A stretch of DNA of 64,000 nucleotides from Eledone cirrhosa (GCA_964016885.1 OZ024741.1:263190001-263254000), one strand, 5' to 3'; positions 1-13,467 are shown, numbered from the stretch's first letter. Numbers and translations: made by a program. Notes: generated by a model from the letters alone, not told the origin.

Positions 1-2
1 AC

Positions 3-155
3 TCAGTGCTCCTGCGGGAGCCCCTACATGGACACACTGGAAGAGGAAGACCAAGGTTAACGTATGTTGATGCCCTAAGGACAGACACTGGTCTATTGGA
101 GACGCTGGAGAGAACTCGTCCATGGATCTCGGGAATTTTACCCGCCCTAGAATAG
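3..155 (+). mobile_element. 3' end of an RTE-clade LINE ORF (fragment, runs off window start)
   Basis: Hand translation from base 3 gives SVLLREPLHGHTGRGRPRLTYVDALRTDTGL..., matching the RTE C-terminal 'P.HG...RGRP..TY.D.L..DTG' pattern. Confidence 0.6.
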
Positions 156-307
156 AATATGTTAAGTATTTCCGTAGAAAAGGTAAAGGAAAGCAGATTG
201 CTCTATGTATAGTACAGAGCTAATTAATTATTATAAACATGGTCGATAAAATAAAGTACCAGTAATACACTGGTATTTGCTGGCCTTGTGCCTAACGTAG
301 AAACAAT

Positions 308-359
<52 letters not shown>

Positions 360-442
360 ATAATAATAAATTTGAAGACTAAAATCCAAAGAGGGCTCGA
401 TAAGGATAAATATATATCAAATATATAAGAACCATAGAGCAA

Positions 443-569
443 ATATTTATTAAAATAACAGATTAAAGTTTAAGCAAAGAATCGCTGCTTTCACCCTTAA
501 CGGGATCTTCTGAAGATCCCGTTAAGGGTGAAAGCAACCATTCTTTGCTTAAACTTTAATGTTATTTTA

Positions 570-577
<8 letters not shown>
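443..577. repeat. Near-perfect palindrome, probably a fold-back PLE terminus fragment
   Basis: Arms ~443-510 and ~512-577 are reverse complements; the centre lies at CTGAAGA-T-CCC-GTTAA-GGG-T-GAAA, a hammerhead-like core lacking its 5' stem I strand. Confidence 0.75.
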
Positions 578-631
<54 letters not shown>

Positions 632-1258
632 ATTTATGTATGTATTATGTATGTGTGTGTATGTATATAAAATGAATAAAAAGAACCAAAATTAAATTAC
701 ATTTAAATTAATTTTTGTATATATATTATATATAAGCATATATATACACAGACATATGTATGTATAATGTTCACTTACCGTTTAGTTCTTTCATGTAAAG
801 TTCGTTGACAAAAAAATAACCACATCGATCGGATGGCAGGGGTGGGTGGGGTCCATCTGCTGTCGTGTATATGTGTCACTAGTCTATATATGTTTGTGTG
901 TAGAATACAGTATAGATGTGTGTGTATGAAGTTTATTATAGATGTGTGTTTGCGTGTAGAGTATATATATAGAGATAGATAGATGTGTGTTTGCGTGTAG
1001 AGTATATATATATAGATGTGTGTTTGCGTAGAGTATATTTTGGCTTCCACAAAAATTCTCTTCGCTCTTTCAATTAGAACACTTTCAAATGTACAGTTAA
1101 TGTGGTGTGGTGAATAAAAATATATATTTATATATGTGTGTGTATGTATATATAGAGAGAGATACGCTGGGAGTTACAAGTTTTTAAACTAGTAAGACTA
1201 TGTTCAGCTAAGTACTCGATATGTAGGTATGTATTGCAAACAGTTAGTGTACTATATA

Positions 1259-1321
<63 letters not shown>

Positions 1322-1383
1322 AGTATGTATGTATGTATGTGTGTAGAGAGAGAAAGACAGAGTTTGTGTTATTTGTGTCACAG

Positions 1384-1423
1384 AATTAGATAAAATATTA
1401 AGAACAATGTCCACAGAGGTGCG
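1384..1423 (+). CDS. Candidate short internal exon of an unknown host gene
   Basis: Acceptor ttatttgtgtcacag, 40-nt unique island reading (E)LDKILRTMSTEV(R), then donor GTAAGG; lies between microsatellites. Confidence 0.25.
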
Positions 1424-1429
1424 GTAAGG

Positions 1430-3520
1430 TGTTGTTGTTATTGTTGTTATAGCAGTGTTGTGTTGTTGTTTAATGGTGGTGGTTGTTATTGTTGTAGCAG
1501 TGCAATGCTGTGTTGTTGTAGTTGTTATTGTTAATGGTGGTGGTGGTAATGATGGTTGTAGTGCTGTGTTGTGTTGTTCTTGTTGTTAGTGCAATGTTGT
1601 GTTGTTGTTTTCTACTGTTTCTGCGGCTGTTGTTGGTGCCGGTAGCGGTGATGCTGCTGTTGTTGTTAGTGTTTGTAGTAGTGCTGTTGTTGATGGTGGT
1701 GATGGTGTCTATAGTGTTGTTGTTGTTAGTATTTGTAGTAGTGCTGTTGTTGATGGTGATGGTGTCTATAGTTTTGTTGTTGTTAGTGTTTGTAGTAGTG
1801 CTGTTGTTGATGGTGATGGTGTCTATAGTGTTGTTGTTGTTAGTATTTGTAGTAGTGCTGTTGTTGATGGTGATGGTGTCTATAGTGTTGTTGTTGTTGT
1901 TAGTATTTGTAGTAGTGCTGTTGTTGTTAGTGTTTGTAGTAGTGCTGTTGTTGATGGTGATGGTGTCTATAGTGTTGTTGTTAGTATTTGTAGTAGTGCT
2001 GTTGTTGTTAGTGTTTGTAGTAGTGTTGATGGTGATGATGTCTATAGTGTTGTTATATTTAGAGTGTTTGTTTCCCTTGTAGTGTTCTTGTTAACACAAA
2101 CACACGTGGTTCTCCGCAATTACGTTACAGTGGTGGTGGTGGTGGTGGTGGCGGCGGTGGTGGTGGTGACAGTGTGTGTGTATGTGTGTGAGGTAGTTGC
2201 AGTGACAATTACATTGTGGTGGTGGTGGTGGTGGTGGCGGCGGTGGTGGGGGTGACAGTGTGTGTGTATGTGTGTGAGGTAGTTGCAGTGACAATTACAT
2301 TGTGGTGGTGGTGGTGTTGGTGGTGGTGACAGTGTGTGTGTGTGGTTGTAGCTAGAGTATTAGTGATGGTGGTGGCGGTGACAGCTACTGTATGTTGGCC
2401 ATATTGCTTGCGGTGAAAGTAAAAATGGAACAACGATGGCGGTTGTTGTTGTTGTGGTGGTGATGGTGGTAGTGGTGGTGGTGGTGGTAGTGGTGGTGGT
2501 GATTGTGGTTGTGGGGGTGGTGGGGGTGATGGTGGTGGTTATGTGGTTGTTGTTGTTGGTGGTGGTGATGGTGGTTGTGGTGGTGGTGGCGATGGTGGTG
2601 GTGGTGGTGGTGGTGGTGATGGTGGTGGTGGTGGTGATGGTGGTTGTGGGGGTGGTAATGGTGGTTGTGGTGGTTGTGGTGTTTGTGATGGTTGTGGTGA
2701 TAGTGGTGATGATGGTTGTGGTGGTGGTGGTGGTGGTGGTGGTGGTTGTGGTGGTAGCGATGGTGGTTGTGGAGGTGGTAATGGTGGTTGTGATGGTGGT
2801 GATGGTGGTGATGATAGTGGTGATGATGGTGATGGTGGTGATGATGGTTGTGGTGGTGGTGATAGTGGTGATGATGGTTGTGGTGGTCGTGATGGTGGTT
2901 GTGGCGGTGGTGATGGTTGTGGTGGTGGCGATGGTGGTTGTGGGGGTGGTAATGGTGGTGGTGATGGTCGTGATGATAGTGGTGATGATGGTGATGGTGG
3001 TGGTGGAGGTGGTAATGGTGGTTGTGGTGATGGTGGTTGTGGAGGTGGTAATGGTGGTTGTGGTGGTGGTGATGGTGGTTGTGGGGGTGGTAATGGTGGT
3101 TGTTGTGGTGGTGATGGTGGTGATGATAGTGGTGATGATGGTTGTGGTGGTGGCGATGGTGGTTGTGGGGGTGGTAATGGTGGTCGTGGTGGTGGTGATG
3201 GTGGTGGTGATAGTGGTGATGATGGTTGTTGTGGTGGTGATGGTGGTTGTGGTGGTGGTGATGGTGGTTGTTGTGGTGGTGATGGTGGTGATGATAGTGG
3301 TGATGATGGTTGTGGTGGTGGTGATGGTGGTTGTGGTGGTGGTGATGGTTGTGGTGGTGGCGATGCTGGTTGTGGGGGTGGTAATGGTGGTTGTTGTGGT
3401 GGTGATGGTGGTGATGATAGTGGTGATGATGGTTGTGGGGGTGGTGATGGTGGTTGTGGTGGTGGCGATGGTGGTTGTGGGGGTGGTGATGGTGGTGGTG
3501 ATAGTAGTGATGATGGTGAT
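1430..3520. repeat. GTT/GTA/GGT/GAT trinucleotide low-complexity tracts
   Basis: Degenerate (GTT)n then (GGT)n; source of the poly-V/T/H/P/G ORFs. Confidence 0.95.
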
Positions 3521-3840
3521 TGCAATGACATTCATTCTGTTTTATTGGATGGCGGGGCTTAGCAGTGACAGCTATAGTATACATATGTTGTTGTTAGGGG
3601 TGGTGACCTACCACCACCACCACCACTACTACCGCCGCCGAAGTGAAAACAGCAGATATAACAATAATAGAACGAAGGTTGGGGTTAGGGTTTCTGTTTT
3701 CCAGTGGGGGGGGGGTCGATTGCGAGTATTTTGGGGGTCAAATTAGTTGATAGCACAACTAAAGATTATTTCCCATCAAACGTGAGACGGGGTGTGGGGG
3801 GTGAGATTTGAGAAACTCCGATGGTCTTTCTGTCCCTTAC

Positions 3841-3957
3841 CAACTCCTTATTCGACAAACCTAGTCGTTTCCGACAAGTTTGGAGGTTATATTCGTTGAT
3901 AACACGTGAAACAGAATCAGAGAAAACTCCGTTTGGATAAAAGTCGATTGCGAGCAT
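3841..3957 (-). CDS. Candidate first coding exon of an unknown gene
   Basis: ATG at 3957, 39 codons MLAIDFYPNGVFSDSVSRVINEYNLQTCRKRLGLSNKEL, followed directly by donor GTAAGG (ccttac at 3835-3840 on +); non-repetitive sequence. Confidence 0.3.
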
Positions 3958-4169
3958 CTTGGAGGATAGCTTAGTTGATGACACAGGAAAAAATAAAAAA
4001 CGAGGAAAAATATTTTTCCCACTAAAATCGAGAGGAGGGGGCGCGGGGGGGGGGGGGGGGGGGGGCAGTGTTCTACAATTTTATTTTTTTCCTGGCCTTT
4101 GTACTTTACTCTATGTACGTTCCATGCACTTTTGATGAGCTGTAGAGCACCTGAACACTGTACACAATA

Positions 4170-4555
4170 ATAGAGCGTCGGACAACATGCTTAGCGACAT
4201 AGAGTTACGTCCCTTTATGTTCTGAGTTCTAATCCCGCCGAGGTTAGCTTTGCCTTTCATCCTTATGGGATTGATAAAATAAAGTACCAGTCAAGCACTG
4301 GGTCGATTTAATCGACTTTCCCCTTCCGCAAAATTACTGGCCTTGTGCCTATAGTAGAAACCATTATTGTTGTGGCGGACATGATTTGCTGTATAGAGTT
4401 ACGTCCCTTTACGTTCTGATTTCAAATCCCGCTGAGATTAGCTTTGCTTTCATCCTTCCGGGGTTGATAAATTAAAGTACCAGCAATGCACTGGGGTAAA
4501 TTTACTCAACTTTACCTTCCCCCAAATTTGCTGGCCTTCAGCCTAAAGAAGAAAT

Positions 4556-4558
<3 letters not shown>
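4170..4558 (+). mobile_element. Two tandem copies of tRNA-derived SINE family A
   Basis: B-box-like GAGTTCTAATC, central GCCTTTCATCCTT..GG..GATAAAATAAAGTACCAG and tail GCTGGCCTTGTGCC..AGTAGAAAC; the same sequence recurs about 10 times in the window. Confidence 0.75.
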
Positions 4559-4604
<46 letters not shown>

Positions 4605-4649
4605 TAAACAAATAATGAATAAACAATTCCTTATATTAAACAAAAAAAG

Positions 4650-4804
4650 TTCATTATTTAACGATCGTTTCTAGGGCATATATGTGTTATAATTGGTATG
4701 CATATTCAACAGATCTATGTACAAAATTATACAAAATTATACAAATTATCAAGATTAAATATACATACCTAACACATATATACGCCGTCTTCAGAAATAA
4801 TGAA
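4650..4804 (-). ncRNA. Type I hammerhead ribozyme motif (mirror of 8292-8446)
   Basis: Reverse complement of the 8292-8446 motif. Confidence 0.75.
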
Positions 4805-5929
4805 GTATATTTATTGATAATAACAACAATTCAAAATATCAGTTCAAAATTGACCAATGAAAACACAAAGGGTTAAAAGCAGTTCGGTGTGTGTATATAC
4901 ATGTAAAATCCTTACACATATTTTACAAAAATGTATGTATAACTTGTATACGCATACTAAAAAGATGGATGCAAACACAAAATTTCAAGGTTAATATCTC
5001 TGTAAGCTTAAAATGCGCTGATAAGATGCGCATTGATACTTATGGAGTCAAGCATATAAATATATTTTTTCATACTCACACATATCAGTATAATCACACA
5101 TACATGCGCGTATATGCATAAATATACACATAACCACGAACATACAAACACACACACACCCCCACTCACATTTATATATGTGGATATAAAATCATAAGCA
5201 CATGGAAATTAAATCACTCACATAAAACACTGGCACACACATTTCAAGATCAAGATACAGAAATTAGGTGGGAGGGGGGGGGAGGGGTCAGTATTCAATT
5301 GTCTGAGCAGACTGCCTAATATAAATGTATCTATAAATTAAGAAAAATAAAAAAATAAAACAATAAAATATAATAAATATAATATAATATACATACACAT
5401 ACAGATATATATACATACATACATGTACGCGCACATAGAAATATTTACGCATACACACATACACACATACATATACAGTCATACACACACATACACTTAC
5501 ACGAACATACACATACACATATAAAAAGATATATATATATACACACACACACGCGCAACACATACACACATACACATATATATAAAAAAAAAGTAATTAA
5601 TAATCTACTACTGTTTGACTTCAAAATTCTGCTTCAAATATTATAAACCTAACTAATTTACACCTTTGAAATCAATATGTTGACTATCTTTGGTTTAGTT
5701 AACATATGATTAATGGTATACTTATTTATTTTGAGATGCATAGATTTTGCCTTGATTCTTGTTTGTCGTATTTCCTAGCACTGAAAATATGTAAGAGCAT
5801 ACATTGAATAAAGATACGGAAAATATTATATGTTTCTTGAAACATATATTTACTTTGATCCCCTTCTCCAAACCCCCCCTTTCCCCCATACTATTATCAT
5901 CTGTATTTGTAAGCGTCTATATATGAATA

Positions 5930-6417
5930 TATATGTAGGTAGGTGTCTATATAGGTTTGGGTATTTATATCTAAATATAAAAATACATATATGAGCATGC
6001 AAATATGAATGTAAGATTGCGTGTGTATATATGAGTGTACATACATATGTATGTATATATATGTATATATATGCATTATATATGTATGTGTATGTGAATG
6101 TGTTGTATGTATATGTGTATGTATGTGTATATATGTGTATGTATGTGTATGCTTGTATATATAGGAATATATATATGTATATATATGTATGTATATGTAT
6201 ATGCGTGTATGTATGTATGTGTATGTGTGTTGTGTATATATATGTATGTCTCTCTATTTATATGTTTATCTTCGTATCTATGTGATATATGTGTGTGTGT
6301 GTGCACGTATGCATATGTATGTGTTTGTGTGTGTTTGTATGTGTGTGTGTATATATGTGTGTGTGTGCACACACACATACACATATATATATATATATGT
6401 GAGTGTGTATATGTGTC

Positions 6418-6475
<58 letters not shown>

Positions 6476-6602
6476 GATATATATATATATATATAGGTGT
6501 CTATGTGTGAATATATGTCTTTATTCGTATGTGTGTATTTATGTATGTATATGTTTATGTGTATGTATGTATGTGTATGTATGTATGTATATATATATAT
6601 AT

Positions 6603-6637
<35 letters not shown>

Positions 6638-6815
6638 ATTCTTTATTATTATAATATAACTTATGTGTATATGTGTATAAGTGAGGTTGTGTATGTGTAT
6701 ATAATATGTGTATATATAAGAGTAATAAAATATATATATATATATATATGTGCATGTCTGATTTTTATGTGTGTGTATATATATATATGTATATATATGT
6801 ATATATATATACGTG

Positions 6816-6846
<31 letters not shown>

Positions 6847-7284
6847 GTGTTTGTATGTGTATTTATGGTGGTATGAGTGTGTGGATATATATGTTTATAT
6901 ATATATATATATATATATGTATGAGTGTATGTGTGTGTATATATGTATATATATATGTATATATATATATATGTATGTGTATATATATGTGTATATATAT
7001 ATATGTGTATGTATGTGTGTATATATATATATATCTCTATTAATGCGCGTGTGTATGTATATACATATGCCTTTTTATTATTATTTTTATTTGTATGTCT
7101 GAGTTAGGTGAGGTTGTATGGTTTTTATGTATATACACATATATGGAAGCGTATGTATTTATATATATGAGTATAAGTAGATGCATATGTATGTATGATT
7201 ATATATCTAATTCTATGTATGAATGTACATCTATATATATATATGTGTGTATGTAAGTTGTGTGTGTATGTATCTATATGTCTA

Positions 7285-7333
<49 letters not shown>

Positions 7334-7412
7334 CGATGTGCGTATATGTATGTACATGTATGTACATGTATGTGTGTATGTATGTGTATGTATATTTAGA
7401 TGTATGTGTATG

Positions 7413-7469
<57 letters not shown>

Positions 7470-7700
7470 ATATATATATATATGGATATATATCTTTATT
7501 ATCTATTTTTTTTATATATATGTGTATGTGTGTATGTGTTGCGCGTGTGTGTGTGTATATATATATATCTTTTTATATGTGTATGTGTATGTTCGTGTAA
7601 GTGTATGTGTGTGTATGACTGTATATGTATGTGTGTATGTGTGTATGCGTAAATATTTCTATGTGCGCGTACATGTATGTATGTATATATATCTGTATGT
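5930..7700. repeat. (TA)n/(TG)n/(TATG)n microsatellite field
   Basis: Direct inspection. Confidence 0.95.
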
Positions 7701-8291
7701 GTATGTATATTATATTATATTTATTATATTTTATTGTTTTATTTTTTTATTTTTCTTAATTTATAGATACATTTATATTAGGCAGTCTGCTCAGACAATT
7801 GAATACTGACCCCTCCCCCCCCTCCCACCTAATTTCTGTATCTTGATCTTGAAATGTGTGTGCCAGTGTTTTATGTGAGTGATTTAATTTCCATGTGCTT
7901 ATGATTTTATATCCACATATATAAATGTGAGTGGGGGTGTGTGTGTGTTTGTATGTTCGTGGTTATGTGTATATTTATGCATATACGCGCATGTATGTGT
8001 GATTATACTGATATGTGTGAGTATGAAAAAATATATTTATATGCTTGACTCCATAAGTATCAATGCGCATCTTATCAGCGCATTTTAAGCTTACAGAGAT
8101 ATTAACCTTGAAATTTTGTGTTTGCATCCATCTTTTTAGTATGCGTATACAAGTTATACATACATTTTTGTAAAATATGTGTAAGGATTTTACATGTATA
8201 TACACACACCGAACTGCTTTTAACCCTTTGTGTTTTCATTGGTCAATTTTGAACTGATATTTTGAATTGTTGTTATTATCAATAAATATAC

Positions 8292-8446
8292 TTCATTATT
8301 TCTGAAGACGGCGTATATATGTGTTAGGTATGTATATTTAATCTTGATAATTTGTATAATTTTGTATAATTTTGTACATAGATCTGTTGAATATGCATAC
8401 CAATTATAACACATATATGCCCTAGAAACGATCGTTAAATAATGAA
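8292..8446 (+). ncRNA. Type I hammerhead ribozyme motif with very long stem II
   Basis: Stem I TTCATTATTT/AAATAATGAA (10 bp), core CTGAAGA (8302-8308) and GAAA (8425-8428), palindromic stem III ACGATCGT, GUU cleavage triplet. Confidence 0.8.
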
Positions 8447-8634
8447 CTTTTTTTGTTTAATATAAGGAATTGTTTATTCATTATTTGTTTAATATTTTAT
8501 CTTGACTCTGTATACCGTTTATCTTTCACCGAAAGTGGATTTTCATTACATCTCTTCTTTCCATGATATCCGGAATACATTGAGTTCTTCATACGGATTG
8601 GACACTACCGTAAACTCTTGGTAGATTTATCTAC

Positions 8635-8694
<60 letters not shown>

Positions 8695-8715
8695 GGTTAC
8701 ACAACAGTTAGTTCA

Positions 8716-8765
8716 CCATACCGAGAACAATTGTTTCACCTTAGCGGATCTTCAGCTCGTAATGG
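8716..8765 (-). ncRNA. Type I hammerhead ribozyme motif (mirror of 10434-10483)
   Basis: Reverse complement of the 10434-10483 motif. Confidence 0.8.
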
Positions 8766-9134
8766 ACATGGTTATACGGAACAGGAAGGACAACCGTACG
8801 AACGCGCATGCGCGGAAACGATCACTTCACACAGGCAATACTAAAATGCGTGCGACAGGTGTAAGGGAGATAACTTCGAAAGTCCGAAAAGTTTCTAGTT
8901 TAATCAGAAAATTAGGATGTTGTTGTACCGGAGCTTTGTAGTTACGTAAGAGGTGTTTCGAGACGTGTGGACAACGTGTGAAGAATTCATTTCTCGTGTT
9001 TAGGCAATCGCTATTGCATAATCTCTTTATAATATTTATTCGTTCATCAATACATAGTCCACACGACGGATTTTCCCTTGCGTATGGCTTGGACTTAGTG
9101 ATGGCTTTCCATTGAATGGAGTAGTCTATGCGAC

Positions 9135-10270
9135 TTGGTTGGCCTATTTATTTTAGACATATTACGTGTTAGATTCCCGGACTTTCATACGGGAATATAC
9201 CGCGATGATGGACTGACCCTATCGAGCCATAAAAGTGGTCACGACCTCGACCGGTTTAAAAAAGACTTAGCTTCTACCTTCAATGAGTTAGGACTTAGGA
9301 TAACAGTAGCTACCAACCTCTCTAGCGCAGATTTCTTGGACATTAATTTAGACCTTCGCATACACACCTACAGACCCTTCCATAAACTAAACGAAAAACT
9401 CAATTGCATTCACAAGGACTCATGCCACCCTGCCACTGTTTTTAGAAACTTCGTAAATAATATCAGTACTAGAATCTCAAACTTCTCCTCTAATAAGGCT
9501 ATCTTTGACAGGGCAGCACCCTACTATAACACGGCGTTAGCTAACAGCGGCTTCTCGCAACCTATCACTTACTTTCCCACTATCAACAACAGCAATAAGA
9601 AAAGAAAGCGTAACAATAGACAAACTATCTGGTTCTCTCCTCCCTTCTCACTCAACGTTAAAACCAATGTAGGCAAACAATTTCTAGCCCTCTTAGATAG
9701 ACACTTTCCCATAGGTCCATCTTTAACCGACACAAAGTAAAACTAGGATACTCCTGCGCTAAGAACATGAAGGCCCACATCCCCAACAGCCTTAAGAACA
9801 ACACCCCACTAGGGTGCTCTTGCCGTAAGCCCGGAGCTTGTCCCCTTCAACAGCAATGCAACACGCCCGCTGTAGTTTATGAAGCTGTGGTCACTTCCAA
9901 CCGACCAAATCAACCACAGGAGGTCAAATCCTATGTGGGTACGGCGGAGAGCCAATTTAACGCTTCTGAACGCTTCCTGAACCACCAGTCGACCTTTAGG
10001 TACCCGGACAGACGTTCATCCTCGAAACTCGCGAGCCACGTATGGTCCCTCAAGGACTCAAGCATAGTCTACTCCATTCAATGGAAAGCCATCACTAAGT
10101 CCAAGCCATACGCAAGGGGAAATCCGTCGTGTGAACTATGTATTGATGAACGAATAAATATTATAAAGAGATTATGCAATAGCGATTGCCTAAACACGAG
10201 AAATGAATTCTTCACACGTTGTCCACACGTCTCGAAACACCTCTTACGTAAGTACAAAGTTCTGGATTGA
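9135..10270 (+). pseudogene. PLE reverse transcriptase (C-terminal part) plus GIY-YIG endonuclease, frameshifted near 9720
   Basis: GIYRDDGL catalytic motif, FLDINLDL, WFSPPFSLNVKTNVG; the second frame continues IFNRHKVKLGYSC, CSCRKPGACPLQQQC, VVYEA..SYVGTAE..RF.NH, CELC..E..LNTRNE..CPH. Confidence 0.9.
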
Positions 10271-10433
10271 ATTACAACAACATCCTAATTTTCTTATCAA
10301 CTAAAAACTTTTCGGACTTTCGCAGTTATCTCCCTTACACCTCTCGCGCGCATTTTAGTATTGCCTGTGTGAAGTGATCGTTTCCGCGCATGCGCGTTCG
10401 TACGGTTGTCCTTCCTGTTCCATATAACCATGT

Positions 10434-10483
10434 CCATTACGAGCTGAAGATCCGCTAAGGTGAAACAATTGTTCTCGGTATGG
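10434..10483 (+). ncRNA. Minimal type I hammerhead ribozyme motif in PLE pLTR
   Basis: CCAT-TA-CGAG CTGAAGA T-CC-GCTAA-GG-T GAAA CAATTG TT CTCG-GT-ATGG: stem I 4+4 bp, palindromic stem III ACAATTGT. Confidence 0.85.
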
Positions 10484-10577
10484 TATGGTGAACTAACTGT
10501 TGTGTAACCACTTCTACCTAACTCGTCCCATGGACTGAGTGCTCTACCACTACGGATATTACCTTCCAGTGTTCTAC

Positions 10578-11445
<868 letters not shown>

Positions 11446-11499
11446 TGTATGTCTGTATACATATATGTATGTACGTGTACATACTGGTTCAACATACAT

Positions 11500-11915
11500 A
11501 CAACTGGCCTGATATTGTTGTTTGGGACCACACATTGAAAACGTGCTCTGTTGTAGAAATCAGCTGCCCACTTGATGTCAACGTTGTAAGAAAAATACAA
11601 GAGAAGGAGGACATCTACGGACCATTTATGAGGAGTTTGCAGATCCAGTATCCAAGATACGCCTTCAGCTTCATACCCATCATTATTGGAACTACAGGTT
11701 ATATACCAGCCTGCTTGGACTAAAATATAACTGAACTTGAATTTGTGGGCAAAGAACGCAGCTCCTTGATCCATAGACTACAAATGGCTGCGATAGCTGG
11801 CACCTTCAAAATTTGCAAAATATTCTTGCGAATCAAGGGATAACAACTTCTTTTCTTTTACAACCTTGCCACCAGGAAGGTGGCCGGTCAAAAATGTACT
11901 CGAAATTAAGAGAAA
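11500..11915 (+). mobile_element. 3' end of an R4/Dong-like non-LTR retrotransposon (restriction-like endonuclease domain)
   Basis: NWPDIVVWD..C.VVEISCPLD.NV..K..EK...Y...IPIIIGTTG, then after an in-frame stop LQMAAIAGTFKICKIFL; PD-(D/E)xK-type endonuclease C-terminus. Confidence 0.8.
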
Positions 11916-11950
11916 CATACATACATACATACATATATATATATATATAT

Positions 11951-12115
11951 GCCGGATTTACCATTGTCCTTAGATGTGCTTAAACACAGGGCCCCGTTGG
12001 CGGGGGCGGGGCGCATCTTCCTGCCAAAAACATTTGTTACCTCCTTCAGAGCCCAAGTAAGGGGGCCTCATAACTTAACTAGCACGGGGCCTCATTTGTC
12101 CTAAATCCAGCACTG
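11951..12115. mobile_element. hAT-like MITE remnant
   Basis: Termini GCCGGATTTA ... TAAATCCAGCACTG with internal GGGCCCC/GGGGCC subterminal motifs. Confidence 0.5.
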
Positions 12116-12378
12116 TGGATTTAGGACAAATGAGATTTCAGGGACTTCACTCCTTCTTCCTCGCTTTCCGTTGCATTACCATCTTTGATTGTTTACAGTC
12201 TCGCTCGTTCCCCTTATTTACGTGTCCCAACGACTTTCTTTAGCCGTTGCTTGCACCAACCGGAGGTATATGGTCTTTAAAGCGATGAAATACCAATGAA
12301 GGTTGGAAAATCACTGATGAAGGACTAAATTTATTCATATGTAACCCATTTGCAACCTCGCAGCACGCTTGTTTTCAT

Positions 12379-12533
<155 letters not shown>

Positions 12534-12592
12534 TGTATGTATGTATATATGTATGTATATATATATATGTATGTATATGTATGTATATATAT

Positions 12593-13195
12593 GTCAGGTC
12601 ACCAGTTGGTGCTACTGGTAACATGTATCCCAGTACAACCTGACTCATGGTCGGGTCGTTGGCGACTAAACTGGCAACCCCACTAAGGTTTCTTGGTGAG
12701 GAGGGTGACTTTGGACATCCTGCAGGACTAAAAACAAAACCTGTCAAAGGGCAAAGGAGCTCTTAAGAGTCAATGGCCATCCAAAATCTCCGGGAGAGAT
12801 GACCCTTTAGCCTTTGTCAATTCTAGGAGAAGGAAAACTCTGATATAACACCTGCAACTCTGATGGGATCCAATGATGTTGACTTGTTCTTCTTTTTGGT
12901 AAATATCATCTTGGTTAAGAGAGTGGGACTGGCTTTGTGCAGTGCCTTTGCTCACTATAAAAGCTTCACGGCACAGGCATTGCTTTATATCTGGAGATCT
13001 CTCTGCTCTTGTCGTCACATGGTGCCATGGGCCCAGCACTATGTGTCAATAATTGTCACAAGTGTAGTATTTGTACCAGAGTTTTCAAGTCGCTGGCTGG
13101 ACTAAAAAGTCACACTCGTTCAGCTCATCGGTAGGCGTTCTCCTACATGGATATAAAGTAGTGGCCGTACTCGAAAACGAGTTGGCAGCCACCAT
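12593..13195 (-). mobile_element. ~600-bp interspersed repeat, family B (probable non-autonomous retroelement)
   Basis: Near-identical inverted copy at ~27598-28210 and a diverged copy at ~13500-13945; all end ...GTGAC(C/T)(T/C)GACAT followed by (ATAC)/(AT) repeats. Confidence 0.7.
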
Positions 13196-13416
13196 ATATA
13201 TGTATGTAAAAGGTAAACAGAAATAACAACACAATCAGTACAGTATATGGAAGGAATATATTAGGTTAACGCTTGAAATAACAGGAAGAAGGGTTTTAAC
13301 GTTTCGGACGCTAAGAAAGCATGAGAAATAAGATAGACTGGGGGGACGGGCGGGTTGGAATTGGAAAAAATGTCTTAGATAAAATAACAGATCCATTCAT
13401 GTTGACTGGAAAACTG

Positions 13417-13467
<51 letters not shown>

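Larger units (their letters stand above)
4596..8636 (+). mobile_element. Non-coding PLE-type remnant with ~1-kb inverted repeat (arms ~4596-5590 and ~7506-8500)
   Basis: Three ORFs recur identically on opposite strands with coordinate sum ~13096; each arm carries a hammerhead motif; the right arm has a ~135-nt extension, as in PLEs with an inverted 5' pLTR. Confidence 0.7.

Noticed and set aside
3681-3692. Telomeric TTAGGG
   Set aside because: Single isolated occurrences, not an array
1522-3746. Poly-Val/Thr/His/Pro/Gly ORFs
   Set aside because: Trinucleotide repeat translations that are open in nearly all frames
5591-5860. Degenerate GIY-YIG C-terminus inside the 1-kb inverted repeat
   Set aside because: Only faint hints (LKICKSIH, HTLNKD) across frames with stops; not supportable without a profile search
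5288-7809. YI/CV/HT-rich ORFs (also at 10.3-10.9, 12.3-12.7 and 28.0-29.0 kb)
   Set aside because: Dinucleotide and tetranucleotide microsatellite translations
12313-12330. CTGATGA hammerhead core
   Set aside because: No downstream GAAA, stem III or stem I partner before the microsatellite
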